Positions 1-10,228 of a DNA stretch of 64,000 bases are shown piece by piece. The stretch comes from Alphaproteobacteria bacterium (GTDB lineage: Bacteria; Pseudomonadota; Alphaproteobacteria; UBA828), in NCBI GenBank assembly GCA_965237415.1, contig CBDEFM010000002.1, positions 2,848,001 through 2,912,000 of the forward strand, written 5' to 3'. Every line of letters begins with the position of its first letter. Position 1 is the first letter of the stretch. A model generated the notes under the pieces. That model saw only the letters and a program-made list of their open reading frames with translations. It had not been told where the DNA came from and did no database searches. The position numbers were made by a program, and so were the translations under genes.

Positions 1-423
1 GTAGATTGCATCCCACAGCTCGTAGCCGCCGCCATAGTAGATCCACCCCATATACTCGCCGGCCCTCGGTCCGAAGGGGACGGCGGCGAACATGGCGAGC
101 GCGGGTTCCTTGCCGTACCAGTAGCCGGGCGTGGACCAGCACGCATCGACCGAGCCCGCGGCCACGGCGTCGAAGCACTCCTTCGCCGGAATCAGCGCGT
201 TCGGCTCGAAGAACTTGATCTGGACATTGCCGCCGGAGATACGGTCCAGACGGTCCACCATGCTCTTGCCGAGCGTGCCAAGCTGGGTCAGGCTGCTGGG
301 GAACCAGCTCGCCATGTTCCAGCGCACGCGCTCGTCCTCGGCCTGGGCAAGGCCCGCCGCAAGAATCGCCGCACTCAACACGCCGGCGGCAAGGCCGGCC
401 TTGATCGACTTGCCAACATTCAT
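1..423 (-). CDS. TRAP transporter substrate-binding protein (DctP/TakP-like), 3' end runs off the window
   Basis: Not in the ORF track; translated by hand from ATG at 423 after GGGAGGGAG: MNVGKSIKAGLAAG...AQAEDERVRWNMASWFPSSL...IKFFEPNALIP...GSVDACWSTPGYWYGKEPALAMFAAVPFG, a signal peptide followed by the DctP N-terminal pattern. Confidence 0.85.
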   Translation of the reverse strand, partial: MNVGKSIKAGLAAGVLSAAILAAGLAQAEDERVRWNMASWFPSSLTQLGTLGKSMVDRLDRISGGNVQIKFFEPNALIPAKECFDAVAAGSVDACWSTPGYWYGKEPALAMFAAVPFGPRAGEYMGWIYYGGGYELWDAIY

Positions 424-600
424 TTGCGTGCTCCCTCCCATCGTTTCGCCGCGCCCTGCACAGGCGCATTGGCGGCCTTCTAATTCCGGTCCCGGCATCC
501 GCGGCCGGCGGCGGCGGCGCCCTGTGTCGCGCCCTGGCGTCCGCCAGGATGCCACGCTAGAACAGGCGCACGGGCGCGGCAAGCGCCCCGGGAGCGAACA

Positions 601-1365
601 TTGATCTATGTCAACCGGTCCGCCGTGGTGACCGGCGGCGCCAGCGGCATCGGGCGAGAGGTTGCGCGCGCCTTGGCAGAGCGCGGCGCTGCGGTCGCGG
701 TCGCCGATATCAACCTGGAGGGCGCCGAGCAAGTCGCCGCGGCGCTCGTGCAGGGCGGCGCAAAGGCGGAGGCCATCGCCTGCGACGTGAGCCGGCCCGA
801 GCAGGCGGACGCAATGATCGCCCGGGCAATTGAGGCGTTCGGCAAAGTCGATATCCTGGTGCACAGCGCCGGTGTCGGCGTCGAGCGCAGCTTCCTCGAC
901 ACCACGCCGGAGGAATGGCAGCGCATCCTCGACATCGATCTCTCCGGCACGTTCTTCTGCGGCCAGGCGGCGGCGCGCCACATGGTCGAGCGTGGCTATG
1001 GCCGCATCGTCAATCTCGCGTCGACCGCCGGCGTGCGCGGCGGCACCGGGCGCGCGGCCTACGGCACCGCCAAGGGCGGCGTCATCGCGCTCACCAAGGT
1101 GATGGCGGTCGAGCTTGCGCCTCACGGCATTACCGTGAATGCGCTCGCGCCCGGCGCGATCGAGACCGAGCTGGTGGCGAAGATGCACTCGGCCGAGACG
1201 CGGACGGTCTACCGCGCCGGCATCCCGCTCGACCGCTACGGCACGCCGGAGGAGACCGCAGCCGCGGCGCTCTTCCTCGCGAGCGAGGAGGCCCGCTACG
1301 TCACCGGCCACGTGCTCGCGGTCGATGGCGGCTTCCTCGCGGCAGGGGTGATGCACCGCCGATAG
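601..1365 (+). CDS. SDR family NAD(P)-dependent oxidoreductase
   Basis: TGGASGIG Rossmann motif, YxxxK (YGTAK), VNALAPG, VDGG; TTG start. Confidence 0.93.
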   Translation: MIYVNRSAVVTGGASGIGREVARALAERGAAVAVADINLEGAEQVAAALVQGGAKAEAIACDVSRPEQADAMIARAIEAFGKVDILVHSAGVGVERSFLDTTPEEWQRILDIDLSGTFFCGQAAARHMVERGYGRIVNLASTAGVRGGTGRAAYGTAKGGVIALTKVMAVELAPHGITVNALAPGAIETELVAKMHSAETRTVYRAGIPLDRYGTPEETAAAALFLASEEARYVTGHVLAVDGGFLAAGVMHRR

Positions 1366-1505
1366 CTGTCTTTGTCGCTCACGGCAGCCGGCCGGCGGCC
1401 GGCGCCTCCGCGTCGCGCGTTCACGCGCGCGGGCGCGCGATGGCGCCGCAGGAGCGGCGGGCCGCGGCCGCGGCCTGTTGCGAGGCCTTCGAAGACGGAC
1501 TCGCT

Positions 1506-2390
1506 CTAGGACTCGGCTGTCGGGCGCTGGCGAGACGCGACCAATCCGAACAGCGCGTTGCCTGCCACCGAAGCCAGGATCACCACGGCGCCGATGAAGA
1601 TCAGCGTGCCGGGCACTTCGCCGAAGCCGAGCCAGACCCAGATCGGCGCAAAGACGGCATCGATCAGCACGACGAAGATCAGGACCGGTGCCGGCAGGTA
1701 GCGCGCGGCGTAGAAGTAGAGGGTAAGCGCCGAGGAGAGCTGCACCAGGCCGAGCGCCGCCATCATCCCCACTTCCCGGCCCGTGGCTTCGAACGGCAGG
1801 GCGAACGGCAGAGAGACGAGGCCCGCGATCACCGCCGCCATCAGTACCGCCGGCTCCATCCGCCCGGTGCGGAAGCGCCTGGCGATCAGGGTCTGGATCG
1901 CGATGGCGGCCGCGATAGAAAGCGCGAGCAGGTTGCCGATGACGCCGCCGCCAACGTCGCTCCAGAACATCACGCCGACGCCGCAGAGGCTCCCCAGCAG
2001 CGCGAGCCACGTCCTCAGCGCCACCGGCTCGCCGAGCACCGGCTTGGCCAGAAGTGCCACCATGACGGTGGACGTCGTCATGATCGCGATCACGTTGGCG
2101 ACCAGCGTGTACTGCATCGCCAGCACGTAGGCGATGATCCCCCAGCCGGTGGTAACGCCTACCGCGAGCACCGGCCAGCCCGAGGCGCGGAGCAGCGGCC
2201 ACACCCGCCCCCGCTCGGACACGAAGAGGATCGCGAGCACGCCGAGCGCGGCGAAGAAGCAACGGACCGCGATGATCTCCCACGGGTCGACCGATACCGA
2301 GCGGACGAAGAAGCCACCGGTGCTGAAGCAGAGGCCGGAGACGATCGCGAGGCCGGCGCCGATGAGGAGACGGCGTCGCGCAGGGGTCAT
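1506..2390 (-). CDS. DMT/EamA family transporter
   Basis: About 10 hydrophobic segments with EamA-like LGE and 'WLGFGEVP' motifs; start trimmed to MTPARRRLLIG. Confidence 0.85.
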   Translation of the reverse strand: MTPARRRLLIGAGLAIVSGLCFSTGGFFVRSVSVDPWEIIAVRCFFAALGVLAILFVSERGRVWPLLRASGWPVLAVGVTTGWGIIAYVLAMQYTLVANVIAIMTTSTVMVALLAKPVLGEPVALRTWLALLGSLCGVGVMFWSDVGGGVIGNLLALSIAAAIAIQTLIARRFRTGRMEPAVLMAAVIAGLVSLPFALPFEATGREVGMMAALGLVQLSSALTLYFYAARYLPAPVLIFVVLIDAVFAPIWVWLGFGEVPGTLIFIGAVVILASVAGNALFGLVASRQRPTAES

Positions 2391-2536
2391 GGGCGGGCTC
2401 CCGTATCGCCCGATCCGTGCCGATGCGTGACGGCGGGCGCGGCATGGTAGCCCGTCGCGCCTTGCAGCGCTTGCGCGGCGCCTGCCGGCGCCGGGGCGGC
2501 GGATGACGCTGGCGTGCGGCTCTGGCAAGGTGAGGC

Positions 2537-3787
2537 ATGAGCGAAGATCCGAGAAACATTTTTCGCCGCCTGCTGGACGCGGCTCTCGCGAGTGCCCGGC
2601 CGGCGCGCTGCTTGCCGCCGCACCTGCCTGAGCCGTCCGCCGGCCGCACCGTCGTGGTGGGCGCCGGCAAGGCGGCAGCGACGATGGCGCGGGCCGTCGA
2701 AGATCACTGGGAGGGTCCCCTCGAAGGCCTCGTCGTCACCCGGTACGGCCACCGCGTGCCGACGCGGGCGATCGAGGTGGTCGAGGCGGCGCATCCGGTG
2801 CCGGATGCCGGCGGCCGCGAGGCCGCGGCGCGCATCCTCGCCATGGCGGAGGGACTGGGAGCGGACGATCTCGCGCTCTGCCTCGTCTCGGGCGGCGGCT
2901 CGGCGCTGCTCACCCTGCCGGCGCCGGGGATCGCGCTTGCGGACAAGCAGGCGGTCACCGGCGCGCTGCTCCGCTCGGGCGCCGCAATCGGCGAGATCAA
3001 CGCCGTGCGCAAGCATCTCTCCGCCATCAAGGGCGGGCGGCTGGGGACGGCATGCTATCCGGCTCGCCTCGTGAGCCTCCTGATTTCCGATGTGCCGGGG
3101 GACGATCCCGCAGTGATCGGCTCGGGTCCGACCGTGCCCGACCCCACCACCTTCGCGGACGCCCTTGCGGTGCTGCACAAGTACGGGATCGACGAGCCCG
3201 CCGCCGTCATCCGCCACCTCAAGCAGGGCCAGGAGGAGACGCCGAAGGAGGGCGACCCCCGGTTCGCAGGCGCGCAGACCCGGATCGCGGCGACACCGGC
3301 GATGGCGCTCGCCGCCGCCGCCGATGCGGCGCGCGAAGCCGGCTACGCGCCCGTCATCCTGGGCGATGCGCTGGAGGGCGAGGCGCGCGATCTCGCGGGC
3401 GTGCACGCCGCGCTCGCGCGAGACGCCGCGCCCGGCACCATTCTCCTTTCCGGCGGCGAAGCGACGGTGACCGTCACCGGCGAAGGCCGTGGCGGCCCGA
3501 ATGCCGAGTATGCGCTCGCACTTGCGCTCGCGCTCGACGGTGCGCCCGGCATCTTCGCCATCGCCTGCGATACCGACGGGATCGACGGCACCGAGGACAA
3601 TGCCGGCGCCCTGGTCGCGCCCGACACGCTCACGCGCGGCCGCGCGGCGGGGGAGGATGCCGCTGCCCGACTCGCTGCCAATGACGCCTACGGGTTCTTC
3701 GCCGCGCTCGGCGATCTGGTGATGACCGGGCCGACGCTCACCAACGTGAACGACTTTCGCGCGATCCTGGTGAGCCATCCGGGTTAG
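2537..3787 (+). CDS. ttuD: Glycerate 2-kinase / hydroxypyruvate reductase (TtuD/MOFRL family)
   Basis: VVGAGKAA, LVSGGGSAL, RKHLSAIKGG, SDVPGDD..IGSGPT, DTDGIDG, TGPTLTNVND. Confidence 0.92.
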   Translation: MSEDPRNIFRRLLDAALASARPARCLPPHLPEPSAGRTVVVGAGKAAATMARAVEDHWEGPLEGLVVTRYGHRVPTRAIEVVEAAHPVPDAGGREAAARILAMAEGLGADDLALCLVSGGGSALLTLPAPGIALADKQAVTGALLRSGAAIGEINAVRKHLSAIKGGRLGTACYPARLVSLLISDVPGDDPAVIGSGPTVPDPTTFADALAVLHKYGIDEPAAVIRHLKQGQEETPKEGDPRFAGAQTRIAATPAMALAAAADAAREAGYAPVILGDALEGEARDLAGVHAALARDAAPGTILLSGGEATVTVTGEGRGGPNAEYALALALALDGAPGIFAIACDTDGIDGTEDNAGALVAPDTLTRGRAAGEDAAARLAANDAYGFFAALGDLVMTGPTLTNVNDFRAILVSHPG

Positions 3788-3855
3788 CCTGCCTGTCTCG
3801 CCACGGTCGCGGGCCGGTTCCGCGTGCCACCGCCGGCACAGCTTAATTCCTATCC

Positions 3856-3899
3856 GGGATTCGGCGGGATTAAGTGGGATAAGTGGGATTCCGCGGGAC
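3856..3899 (+). repeat. Five phased GGGA(T/C) direct repeats upstream of pyk
   Basis: GGGAT at 3856, 3866, 3876, 3885 and GGGAC at 3895 (spacing 10,10,9,10). Confidence 0.6.
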
Positions 3900-4144
3900 G
3901 TCGCGCGCGCCCGAAGGGTCGTGCGCGCGGCACCAAGTGTCGCGCACGGCCCGCTCATCTCCCCTGCCGTGACCCGTCCGCTTTCGCGCTGCATGGCGCG
4001 ATCTTGGGGCAAGAGCCGTGCGCCCTGCACCGCACTATGGTCCGGGGACTCGGGAGGGGAAGCGGCGCGTTTGCGGGCTTACCGTTGACCGGCAGCGGTG
4101 CCTTGCCGATAACGGGGGGCAGGGAGACCGCAGAGGCACGAGTC

Positions 4145-5590
4145 GTGCGCCGACACCGCCGCGCCAAGATCGTCGCAACACTCGGGCCGTCGAGCTCCGA
4201 CGAGGCGACCGTTCGCGCGCTGTTCGAGACCGGCGTGGACGTGTTCCGCCTCAATTTCAGCCACGGCACCCACGCCGAGCACGGCGCCCGCCACGCCCTC
4301 GTTCGCGCCGTCGAGGCGGCGGCCGGCCGGCCGATCGGGATTCTCGCCGATCTTCAGGGGCCGAAGCTCAGGATCGGCACCTTCCGAGGCGGCGAGGCGC
4401 CGCTCGCCCAAGGCCAGCGCTTTACCCTCGCTCTCGGCGATGCGCCGGGGGACCAGACCTGCGTGGGCGTGCCGCACGCTGAAATCTTCGCGGCGCTAGC
4501 GCCCGGCGCCGAAGTGCTGCTGGACGACGGCAAGGTGCGGCTCCGCGTCACCGCGTGCGGGCCGGACCATGCCGAGACGGTGGTGGTGACGCCGGGCGTC
4601 CTCTCCGATCGCAAGGGTCTCAACCTGCCGGGCGTGACGCTCCCCATCGATGCGGTCACGCCCAAGGATCGGGAGGATCTGGCTTTCGCCCTCGGCCTTG
4701 AGGTCGACTGGGTGGCGCTCTCCTTCGTTCAGGGGCCCGACGACATCGCGTCCGCGCGCCGTCTGATGCCGGACGACGTGGCCATCGTGGCCAAGCTGGA
4801 GAAGCCTGCGGCGCTCGATTGCCTGGAGGAGATCGTCGAACTCTCCGACGCGATCATGGTGGCGCGCGGCGACCTCGGCGTGGAGCTTGCGCCCGAGGAC
4901 GTGCCGGCCGCGCAGAAGCGCATCGTCCATGCGGCGCGGACCGCCGGAAAGCCCGTGGTGATCGCGACCCAGATGCTGGATTCGATGATGATTGCGCCGG
5001 CGCCCACCCGCGCCGAAGCCTCGGACGTTGCGACCGCGGTTTATGACGGGGCCGATGCGCTCATGCTCTCAGGCGAATCCGCGGCCGGACGCTATCCGCG
5101 CGAGGCGGTGGCGATGATGAACCGTATCATCGAGCATGTGGAGCGCGACGACGCCTACCGGCGCTATGCCCACTGGCAGCAGCAGGACCCCGAAGCGACG
5201 ACGGCCGATGCGATCACCGCCGCCGCGCGCCAGGTGGCGGACACCTTGGACGCAGCCAGCATCGTGACCTACACCACCTCGGGCTCCACCGCCGTCAGGG
5301 CGGCGCGCGAGCGGCCCAAAGCGCCGATCCTCGTGCTGACTCCGGACCGCGGGACGGCGCGGCGGCTTGCGCTCGTCTGGGGCGTCCACTGCGTCCACAC
5401 CGACGATGCCACCGGATTCACCGACATGGTGGAGAGGGCGTGCGCCCAGGCGCTCGATGCCGGCCACGCTGCGCCGGGCGAGCGCATCGTCATCACCGCC
5501 GGCGTCCCCTTCGGCACGCCGGGCACGACCAACGTGCTCAGAATCGCTCGGGTCCAGCGTTCGGAAGAGAAATCGGGGACGCGCGCTTGA
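4145..5590 (+). CDS. pyk: Pyruvate kinase
   Basis: AKIVATLGP, FRLNFSHG, DLQGPKLR, IMVARGDLG, ATQMLDSM, MLSGESA; GTG start at 4145. Confidence 0.97.
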   Translation: MRRHRRAKIVATLGPSSSDEATVRALFETGVDVFRLNFSHGTHAEHGARHALVRAVEAAAGRPIGILADLQGPKLRIGTFRGGEAPLAQGQRFTLALGDAPGDQTCVGVPHAEIFAALAPGAEVLLDDGKVRLRVTACGPDHAETVVVTPGVLSDRKGLNLPGVTLPIDAVTPKDREDLAFALGLEVDWVALSFVQGPDDIASARRLMPDDVAIVAKLEKPAALDCLEEIVELSDAIMVARGDLGVELAPEDVPAAQKRIVHAARTAGKPVVIATQMLDSMMIAPAPTRAEASDVATAVYDGADALMLSGESAAGRYPREAVAMMNRIIEHVERDDAYRRYAHWQQQDPEATTADAITAAARQVADTLDAASIVTYTTSGSTAVRAARERPKAPILVLTPDRGTARRLALVWGVHCVHTDDATGFTDMVERACAQALDAGHAAPGERIVITAGVPFGTPGTTNVLRIARVQRSEEKSGTRA

Positions 5591-5672
5591 CCCTTGCCCA
5601 CCGCGATTCCTATGCTGCCACTCTATTCATGCCGCCGGCGGCGGCCCGCGCGAACCCAGGGGAGGGGAAGGG

Positions 5673-6833
5673 ATGAACAAGTTGTTGTCAGCGGGCCTCG
5701 GTGCGCTCGCCGTGCTTGCCGTGACGGCGCCAAGCGTACACGCGCTGGACGATCTCTCGCACTATGTGTTCGTGCCCAACCGGGCGTCCGCCGATGTGGC
5801 GGTCATCGATACGCGCATCGATGCGGTGATCGCGCATATCCCGGTGGGCCAGGTGCCGCATCAGGTCGCGGTCTCGCAAAGCCTCGGCAAGATGGCAGTG
5901 ACGAACACCGCCGATGACACCGTCTCGGTAATAGATCTTGCAACGCTCGCGGTGACGGCCACCATCCCGCTCGGCCATGAGCCCGAGCACATGGAGCTCG
6001 ATCCCTCGGGCGACGTGCTGGCCGTGGCCAACATCGGCGACGGGACGGTGTCGCTGGTTTCGCTCCGCACCGAGCGCCAGCTCGCACGCGTGGACGGGCT
6101 GCACGAGCCCCACAACATGACCTTCGACCCTTCGGGCGAGCGCCTCTATGTCGGCAATCTCGGCGCGAGCTTCGTCAGCGTGATCGACGTGCCGCAGGCC
6201 ACGGTCGCCGGCGAGATCGCCGTTGGGTTGGACCGGGCGCTCGCCGCCCGCGGCGCGGCGGACGAAGACGCCTATCAGGGCATCATCAACGTCACCGCCA
6301 CGCCTGACGGCAAACTCGGCTTCGCGGCTTACGGCGAGGGCGATGACATGGCGGTGATCGACCTCGAGACGGGCCGGACCCTCAAGACGCTTGATCTCGG
6401 CGATACGCCCTGGCGCGCCTATGCCACCGGCGACGGCCGCTACATGATCGTCCCCAACAACGGCGACGAGACGGTCTCGGTGGTCTCGACCGAGACGCTG
6501 ACCGAGGTGGCGCGGCTCCCCGGTGCGGCCGACATGACCGGCGTCAACACCGGCTCGTTCGACTCGCTCGCCTACGTGATCAGCCGGGGCGACGACAAGG
6601 CGCTCATTATCGACCTCGAGACCATGCAGCCCGCCGGCGAGATCGCCCTGCCGGGCACGCCGGAGACCGGCGTCGTCACGCCCGACGGTACGAAGCTCTA
6701 TGTCGCGTTGAGCGATGCCAACACCGTCGCCGTGATCGATGTGGCGGCGAAGGCCGTGATCGCGACGATCGATGGCGTGGGGGAGGAGCCCTGGGGCGCC
6801 CACATGGCGGGCGCGGTCAACTACTGTCACTGA
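5673..6833 (+). CDS. Secreted YncE/YVTN-type beta-propeller protein
   Basis: Signal peptide after GGAGGGGAAGGG; repeated 'YVxN...dtVSVID...ipvG..P' blades; C-terminus NYCH. Confidence 0.85.
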   Translation: MNKLLSAGLGALAVLAVTAPSVHALDDLSHYVFVPNRASADVAVIDTRIDAVIAHIPVGQVPHQVAVSQSLGKMAVTNTADDTVSVIDLATLAVTATIPLGHEPEHMELDPSGDVLAVANIGDGTVSLVSLRTERQLARVDGLHEPHNMTFDPSGERLYVGNLGASFVSVIDVPQATVAGEIAVGLDRALAARGAADEDAYQGIINVTATPDGKLGFAAYGEGDDMAVIDLETGRTLKTLDLGDTPWRAYATGDGRYMIVPNNGDETVSVVSTETLTEVARLPGAADMTGVNTGSFDSLAYVISRGDDKALIIDLETMQPAGEIALPGTPETGVVTPDGTKLYVALSDANTVAVIDVAAKAVIATIDGVGEEPWGAHMAGAVNYCH

Positions 6834-7677
6834 CCCAGCGGTCTCCACGACGACGGCCTTCGCCCGTGTCGCTGCGGGCATCCTGGCGCTCGCGGCGCTC
6901 GCTGGCGCCTCTACCGCTTACGCTGAGGCGGAGGCGCCGCGCGACCGCCTGCTGGGCGCCGTGGCGCGCCACGCGGAGCTCCCTGCCGCGCTCGGCTCGG
7001 AAATCGAGAGCCTCTGCCCGCCCGCCGGCACCCGCTGCGCCGCCCGTCTCATCGCCGGCAGCCTGCCTACGGCTCGCCTGGTTCGGGTGAACCACCCCGA
7101 TACCGACACCATCCGCCGGGCGCACACGGAGCCCTCGGTCACCGCCGTGGAACGGCGGAGCGACGCGGCTCTGGTGGTGGTGCTGGACCGTTTCGGCCGG
7201 ACCGCAGACCGCGAGATCGCCGATGCCGTGACCGCGCACGCGACCGGTGCGGCGGCGCGGCTGGTGATCGATCTCCGCCGCAACGGGGGCGGCGACTTCG
7301 ACCGTATGCGCCGGGTCGCGAGCTTGTTCACGGGTCCGAGGGAGGGTGCGATCCGCCTGGTCGGCCAGGGCGGCGCGACCGACGTGGCGCTCCCCGCACC
7401 GCTTCGCGTCCTGGATCTGGATGGCGCCGCGATCGACGTGCTGATCGGCCCTGACACGGCGAGCAGTGCGGAGGTGCTGGCGGCGCTGCTCCGCCGCTAC
7501 GCCGGCGCGCGGCTCATCGGGGCACAGACCCTGGGCAAGGACTGGCTCACGCGCCTGATCCCGGTCGATCATGACTGGCGGCTCGCGATCCCCGGCGAGC
7601 GAATCGAGGTGCCGGGCGAGCGCCTGGCAAAGGGCCTCGTCCCCGATATCGAGGCCACGCCGCCCGCCGGGCCGTGA
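6772..7677 (+). CDS. S41 family (tail-specific) peptidase lacking an obvious PDZ domain; start uncertain
   Basis: LVIDLRRNGGG, TASSAE (catalytic Ser), GAQTLGK (catalytic Lys); hydrophobic signal-like stretch near the N-terminus. Confidence 0.75.
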   Translation: MAWGRSPGAPTWRARSTTVTDPAVSTTTAFARVAAGILALAALAGASTAYAEAEAPRDRLLGAVARHAELPAALGSEIESLCPPAGTRCAARLIAGSLPTARLVRVNHPDTDTIRRAHTEPSVTAVERRSDAALVVVLDRFGRTADREIADAVTAHATGAAARLVIDLRRNGGGDFDRMRRVASLFTGPREGAIRLVGQGGATDVALPAPLRVLDLDGAAIDVLIGPDTASSAEVLAALLRRYAGARLIGAQTLGKDWLTRLIPVDHDWRLAIPGERIEVPGERLAKGLVPDIEATPPAGP

Positions 7678-7728
7678 CCGGCGGCGCCTTCACGTGTCTA
7701 ATGCGTACGACACATGAGGAGATTCCGG

Positions 7729-8202
7729 ATGGTCCGGCTGAGAAGTGCTGCGATGGCTCTGCTCGCCGTGCTTGCGGCGGTCGCCATGGTGGCGCCTGCG
7801 GCGGCGCACGAGGAGAAGACCGGCGACGTCACGATCGTCCATCCCTGGTCGCGGCCGGCGCCGCAGGGGCAGAACGGCGTGATTTATCTCGACATCCGCA
7901 ACAACGGTACGGCCGACGATCACCTGATCGCCGTCAGCACGCCCCTCGCCAAGAGGGTCGAGCTCCACCGGAGCACGATGGAGGACGGCATCCACCGCAT
8001 GGAGAAGGTGGAGAGCATCGTGGTGCCGGCGGGCGGCACGGTGGAACTCGCGCCCGGCGGCCTCCATGTCATGCTGGTCGACCTCAAATTCATGCTGATG
8101 GCTGAGGAGACAATCCCCGTCACCTTCACCTTCGAGCGGGCGGGCGACATCACGACCGGCGTCGCCGTGGAGACACGGGGCGGCGATGACGCCGACCATT
8201 GA
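7729..8202 (+). CDS. Periplasmic copper chaperone PCu(A)C
   Basis: Signal peptide; ELH...MEDGIHRM...PGGLHVML fits the H-x10-M-x21-H-x-M motif; GAGGAG RBS before ATG 7729. Confidence 0.92.
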   Translation: MVRLRSAAMALLAVLAAVAMVAPAAAHEEKTGDVTIVHPWSRPAPQGQNGVIYLDIRNNGTADDHLIAVSTPLAKRVELHRSTMEDGIHRMEKVESIVVPAGGTVELAPGGLHVMLVDLKFMLMAEETIPVTFTFERAGDITTGVAVETRGGDDADH

Positions 8203-8220
8203 GGCCGTCGCCCGCCACCG

Positions 8221-9297
<1,077 letters not shown>

Positions 9298-9319
9298 AGC
9301 TAGCCTCCTACAACCCAGC

Positions 9320-10228
9320 CTAGCCCTTGACCGCACCGAGGGTAAGCCCGCGCACGATGTAGCGCTGCGCAAACAGCGCGATCAGGACCGGCGGGATCAT
9401 GGCGATGAGCGAGCGCACTGCCACGAACCAGAACTGCACGCCGCGCGAATCCACGCCGCCCGCGATATGGACCGGCATGGTCGCCGATTCCTTGATGGTC
9501 AGGATCACCGCGAAGAGATACTCGTTCCACGCGAAAGCGAACATGATGAGCGCGGACGCGGCGATCGCCGGCAGCGCGAGCGGGATCGCTATGCGGAAGA
9601 ACGCGACGAAGTGCGAGCCGCCGTCCACCAGCGCCGCCTCCTCCAGCTCGATCGGCAGGTCCTGGAAGGTCTGGCGCACGATCACCACCACGAAGGGCAG
9701 GATGAAGGTGGCGTTGACCAGGATCAGCGCGGCATGGGTGTCCAGCATGTCGATGGAGGAGAAGACGATGAAGAAGGGCACCGCCGTTGCCACCGGCGGC
9801 AGCACCCGCTGCGACAGGAACCAGATCGTGAGGTCCTTGTTCTTGATGCGCCTGAAGCGGAAGCGCGCGAGCGCATAGGCCGCCGGCAGGCCGAGGGTCA
9901 GCGCGATCAGCACCGAGCAGATGGAGATGATCAGGCTGTTGCCGAAGGCGTTGTAGGCCTCCGGCACCGACATCTGCGATATCCAGTTCTCGAGCGTCGG
10001 CGTGAAGTCGATGAAGGGGACGCCGAGGCCGGCCACGGTGAAGGTCTCGGCCGGTTTCCGCAGGCTGTTGGAAACCGCCCAGTAGATCGGGAAGAAGAAG
10101 ATCAGCGCGATGAAAATCGCAATGATCGAGAAGCAGGCATCGGCGAACCAGAGCCGTTTGCGCCGGGTGCGTGCCTGGGGTGTGCTGGCGGGCTGCCCGA
10201 ACAGCGACTTACCCAGCCCGCTAAGCAT
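9320..10228 (-). CDS. Carbohydrate ABC transporter permease (MalG-like)
   Basis: EAA loop ELEEAALVDG, AWNEYLFA, C-terminal GLTLGAVKG. Confidence 0.93.
   Translation of the reverse strand: MLSGLGKSLFGQPASTPQARTRRKRLWFADACFSIIAIFIALIFFFPIYWAVSNSLRKPAETFTVAGLGVPFIDFTPTLENWISQMSVPEAYNAFGNSLIISICSVLIALTLGLPAAYALARFRFRRIKNKDLTIWFLSQRVLPPVATAVPFFIVFSSIDMLDTHAALILVNATFILPFVVVIVRQTFQDLPIELEEAALVDGGSHFVAFFRIAIPLALPAIAASALIMFAFAWNEYLFAVILTIKESATMPVHIAGGVDSRGVQFWFVAVRSLIAMIPPVLIALFAQRYIVRGLTLGAVKG

Noticed and set aside
1366-1505. GC-rich palindromes between convergent genes
   Set aside because: Expected by chance at this GC level or a simple terminator; no similarity to the three-copy repeat
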